This document shows positions 21,269 through 24,000 of a DNA stretch of 24,000 nt, piece by piece; the first letter of the stretch is position 1; the number at the start of each line of letters is the position of its first letter. The translations under genes and the position numbers were made by a program. The DNA is from Spirochaetaceae bacterium (GTDB taxonomy: Bacteria; Spirochaetota; Spirochaetia; DSM-27196; PWMO01): positions 52,721 through 76,720 of the forward strand of contig REDW01000079.1 of the NCBI GenBank assembly GCA_007693325.1. The letters are read 5' to 3'. The notes beneath the pieces were generated by a model. The model searched no databases. It worked only from the letters and a program-made list of their open reading frames with translations, and was not told the DNA's origin.

Positions 21269-22229
21269 TCCGGCGATTCATCCAGCGATAGAGCACGGTC
21301 GAGAACCAGAACAGCGGTGGAACCACCGCCCAACCCAGCAGCACATCGACCGCATAGTGTGCGTAGAGATAGACCGTGGAAATCCACAGCAACAGCGTCA
21401 GCGGTACTACAACCCACAACGTGCGCCGCAGGTATCGGGCGTGAAGGATCAGCGCGATCAGCGAGATCGCCACGTGCGACGAGGGGACCGCGGCACCCGC
21501 CAGGTTGGCTTCGGCAAAAATGGAGCGCATAATCCAGGCAAACAGGTACCCGTCCAGATCGCTGTACCAGCGAGCATAGAGTTCCGGGATGAAGTACTTG
21601 GGTCCATGCACCGGAAAGAACACGTACCAGAGGTAGAGTACCGCAAACGAGGCGGTGACCACGAAGAGACAGCGTTTTGCCTGCGCGTAGCGTTGATAAA
21701 GGAACAGCAGCCAGCTCGGCGCGCATAGCAGGATGTAGAACGCAAAATAGACGAAGTAGAACAGTTCGTTGAGCGCGCGCAGATGTCCGAATGTGTCCGG
21801 TAGCAGAACGGCCAGCTGCAAACCGAAAACAGCCTCCTCCATGCGATAGAAGAACTCGTCAAACGATGCCCCGTCCCACACCAGCTGTGACAGTACTATC
21901 ACGCGTGTGAAATAAGCGGTGTAGAAGAGCTGTACGTAGAACGTGCGCACAAAATGCAGCAGCGTAGCACGGCCGATGAGGCCCCGGGCATCAGCTGCGG
22001 CAAAGCCCAGTACCACGGCGTTCCCGGCCAGAAATGCAGCGCCGATCAGCAGATTGTGCCCACGGCCGGCAAACAGAAGGTGCATCAACGCGAAGAACCC
22101 GTTGAGCGCCAATGCCAGGATGTCGACCTCATTCAGCTTAAACCGTTGCACCACCGGAGCCGCCTCTTTATGCGTCAAGTCTTGCCGCAGATTACCAAGA
22201 ACTATACGGAAAACTGACGCCCGTGTCAC
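21216..22229 (-). CDS. PAP2-superfamily membrane protein (phosphatase / phosphotransferase-like)
   Basis: 337 aa and polytopic. PAP2 C2/C3-like motifs AVPSSHVA and YAHYAVDVLLG. GTG start at 22229. The 3' end overlaps the convergent M23 gene by 53 nt. Confidence 0.7.
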   Translation of the reverse strand: MTRASVFRIVLGNLRQDLTHKEAAPVVQRFKLNEVDILALALNGFFALMHLLFAGRGHNLLIGAAFLAGNAVVLGFAAADARGLIGRATLLHFVRTFYVQLFYTAYFTRVIVLSQLVWDGASFDEFFYRMEEAVFGLQLAVLLPDTFGHLRALNELFYFVYFAFYILLCAPSWLLFLYQRYAQAKRCLFVVTASFAVLYLWYVFFPVHGPKYFIPELYARWYSDLDGYLFAWIMRSIFAEANLAGAAVPSSHVAISLIALILHARYLRRTLWVVVPLTLLLWISTVYLYAHYAVDVLLGWAVVPPLFWFSTVLYRWMNRRITLRAGGNAPAARTESD

Positions 22230-22239
22230 GCGCGTTGCG

Positions 22240-22650
22240 TCAGTGGAGCTCCGCGCTCAGCACTGTCCAGTCGATCTGTCCGGCAGCGTCGAGACGGTAT
22301 TCGAGCAGCATCTCGCCGCCGATATGCCCGTCCTCGAAGCGCGCGTATACCCAGCGCTCGGACAGAACGTAGACGTTGTCCGGTGTGTAGAAGCCCATTG
22401 TCCCACCGAGGGTTCCCTCAAACGGTATCAGATCGTCGCGCTGTAACAGATCGGCCACCAGGCGCTCGCTCTGTTGCTGCGGCGGCAGGCGAGTCTCGAC
22501 CTCGGGCATGGGCGATTCGGGCACCGGTTGCGGCTGCTCGGTTGGCGCGGCATCGGCGGCTCGCAGCACGCTGAACAGCGCCAGTGCCAGCGCCAACGCC
22601 AGCAACACGTTGAGCGCGCTGAGCGCGATCTGGCCGGTAGTCACTCTCAT
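22240..22650 (-). CDS. hypothetical membrane-anchored/exported protein
   Basis: ATG 22650 is preceded by GGGGAGG. It has a signal-anchor (LNVLLALALALALFSVL), a Pro/Gln-rich linker, then an ~80-aa domain of unknown family. Confidence 0.6.
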   Translation of the reverse strand: MRVTTGQIALSALNVLLALALALALFSVLRAADAAPTEQPQPVPESPMPEVETRLPPQQQSERLVADLLQRDDLIPFEGTLGGTMGFYTPDNVYVLSERWVYARFEDGHIGGEMLLEYRLDAAGQIDWTVLSAELH

Positions 22651-22697
22651 ACTCTCTACCTCCCCACCGCCGTAGCGTAGCACAATGCTGGTTTTCT

Positions 22698-23606
22698 GTG
22701 GGAAAAGCCGCGCTACTACGCTATATTCTGGCTATGTGTGCTCGTACTGCGCCCGCGGCACCGCCAAACCTGCCGCGGTTGATTGCATCTTTGCTGTTTG
22801 TCCTGGCCGGCCCGCTGCTGCTCGCTTCGCAGCAGCCGGTTGAAGTAAGAACCAGCGTTGCCCAACGCCAGTCTGCGTTCCGCGAAATCTCCTACGGTGC
22901 GAGGTTGCGTCCACGGCAGACCGTCACGCAGCGTGCACCTCAATCGGGCGTGGTGGAGCGCATCGCTGTGCAGCCCGGGCAGCCCGTCGGCCGCGGCGAC
23001 TTGCTGCTGACGCTGCGGCGCAACGTGCCGACCGATTCATTCCGACCGGTAGCGCTGGAGTCGTTTCACAACGGCGTGGTTGCAAGCGTCGAAGTCTATG
23101 AGGGTCAGGAAGTCCGCGACGGTGACACCGTTATCACAATTGCCGATACTACCACGTTCAGCGCCGAACTGATGATCAGTGACAAGGACATAGAACGCAT
23201 CCGTGTTGGTGCATCGGTAACCGCGGTTGACAGCCAGCGCGAGCGAAGCTTCTCCGGACGAGTCACGCGTGCTGCGCTCATCCCGGACTACGCCACCGGC
23301 CTGTTTGCGTTGGAGGTGACCATCGATCCGGGCCCGGGCGCGTTTGTTGGACAGTTCTTGCGATTTACGTTTCGCACTGACCAGACCTCGGCAATTCTGG
23401 TTCAGCGCGAGCACCTCGAATACCGCGGCGGCCGCTATTTCCTCTTCGTGATCGAGCAAGATCGCGCGGTGCTGCGTCCGGTTACCCTCGGCGCCGAGTA
23501 CGATAGCCGCGTAGTCATCCGCGAAGGCTTGCTCGAAGGTGAACGCTACGTTGTATCGGCGGTCAGGCGGCTGCAGGACGGCGTTCCGGTTACGGTTCGG
23601 GAGTAA
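22698..23606 (+). CDS. RND efflux periplasmic adaptor (MFP family), alpha-hairpin-less
   Basis: GTG 22698 or ATG 22734. Hydrophobic N-terminal anchor LIASLLFVLAGPLLLA. The lipoyl halves GVVERIAVQPGQPVGRGDLLLTL and NGVVASVEVYEGQEVRDGDTVITI are separated by only ~20 aa. Confidence 0.8.
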   Translation: MGKAALLRYILAMCARTAPAAPPNLPRLIASLLFVLAGPLLLASQQPVEVRTSVAQRQSAFREISYGARLRPRQTVTQRAPQSGVVERIAVQPGQPVGRGDLLLTLRRNVPTDSFRPVALESFHNGVVASVEVYEGQEVRDGDTVITIADTTTFSAELMISDKDIERIRVGASVTAVDSQRERSFSGRVTRAALIPDYATGLFALEVTIDPGPGAFVGQFLRFTFRTDQTSAILVQREHLEYRGGRYFLFVIEQDRAVLRPVTLGAEYDSRVVIREGLLEGERYVVSAVRRLQDGVPVTVRE

Positions 23607-23613
23607 ACCGCTC

Positions 23614-24000
23614 ATGCTCGAGTTCGTATTTGCCCGCCGTAAGGGTATTCTGTTGCTTTTTGTGGTACTCGCTGTCAGCGGTGCGGTTCTGGTAACTCAG
23701 CTGCCGACCCAGCTCTATCCGCGCACGCGCAAGCCCGCCATCGGTGTCACCATTCGTCACCCCGCCGCTACGGCGATAGACTTCTACGACGGCTACAGCG
23801 ACATCATCGAAAATTCGCTGCGAGGACTGCGAGGTGCCGAAGTTGTCGAGGCAACCTACCAGACCAACTCGACCCGCATCCGCATTGAGTTTGACTGGAA
23901 CGTAGAAGCCGAAGAGGCTCTCAGTCGTGTTGAAAGTGCAATGGCGGCGCTGCGCGGTCGCCTGCCGGACGAGAGCCGTGATTACAGCGTAAGTTACTGG
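23614..24000 (+). CDS. RND efflux transporter permease (AcrB family), N-terminal fragment running off the window
   Basis: ATG 23614 lies 7 nt after the adaptor stop. RND-type N-terminus with TM1 (ILLLFVVLAVSGAVLV) followed by a periplasmic porter-domain-like sequence. The frame is open to position 24000. It is not in the ORF track because no stop lies in the window. Confidence 0.8.
   Translation, partial: MLEFVFARRKGILLLFVVLAVSGAVLVTQLPTQLYPRTRKPAIGVTIRHPAATAIDFYDGYSDIIENSLRGLRGAEVVEATYQTNSTRIRIEFDWNVEAEEALSRVESAMAALRGRLPDESRDYSVSYW

Noticed and set aside
1-24000. Search for a defence island, toxin-antitoxin pair, phage/integrase genes, tRNA/rRNA or an IS with terminal repeats
   Set aside because: No nuclease, ATPase, methylase or integrase-type ORFs are present. 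No small paired ORFs lie outside operon context. No intergenic gap is long enough for a tRNA or rRNA, and none has a cloverleaf-like sequence. The only mobile-element-like gene is the solitary RAYT.

Overview
The window is almost gapless and holds about 25 CDS. It looks like core chromosome of a moderately GC-rich diderm, motile bacterium: a TolC-type outer membrane protein and CheW are present. Both RND adaptors lack the alpha-helical hairpin, as in Borrelia BesA, which hints at Spirochaetota; this is inference only. All family calls come from reading motifs by eye, with no database search.

Gene content, left to right:
- a GAF/HD-GYP signalling protein, cut by the window edge
- a six-gene minus-strand efflux unit: unknown exported protein, single-chain double TetR regulator, TolC-like OMP, lipoprotein adaptor, RND pump with a charged tail, and a small PII-like protein, most of them joined by overlapping stop/start codons
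- a solitary RAYT/IS200-like tyrosine transposase next to a rhomboid protease
- alpha/beta hydrolase, rlmE and an NlpC/P60 lipoprotein
- a minus-strand trio: NusG-II-domain membrane protein, NDH-2 fused to a DoxX-like membrane domain, and a polyprenyl-diphosphate synthase
- a translationally coupled pair: phytol/dolichol-kinase-like protein and a DUF92 (VTE6-like) protein
- cutA, cheW and thyX
- an M23 peptidase, a PAP2-family membrane protein and a small anchored hypothetical protein
- a second RND adaptor/pump pair that runs off the right edge

I found no rRNA, tRNA, CRISPR, prophage or recognisable defence genes, and I cannot point to a clear-cut novel multi-gene system.

Best leads:
1. The word GGGACGGAGG occurs nine times. 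It is concentrated around the RAYT gene and sits in a tandem hairpin array, so it may be a candidate REP family.
2. The NusG-II / membrane-fused NDH-2 / polyprenyl synthase trio resembles part of the flavin-based extracellular electron transfer locus of Listeria.
3. The efflux operon has an unusual regulator (fused double TetR) and an unusual tail end (Arg/Glu-rich pump tail plus a coupled PII-like protein).
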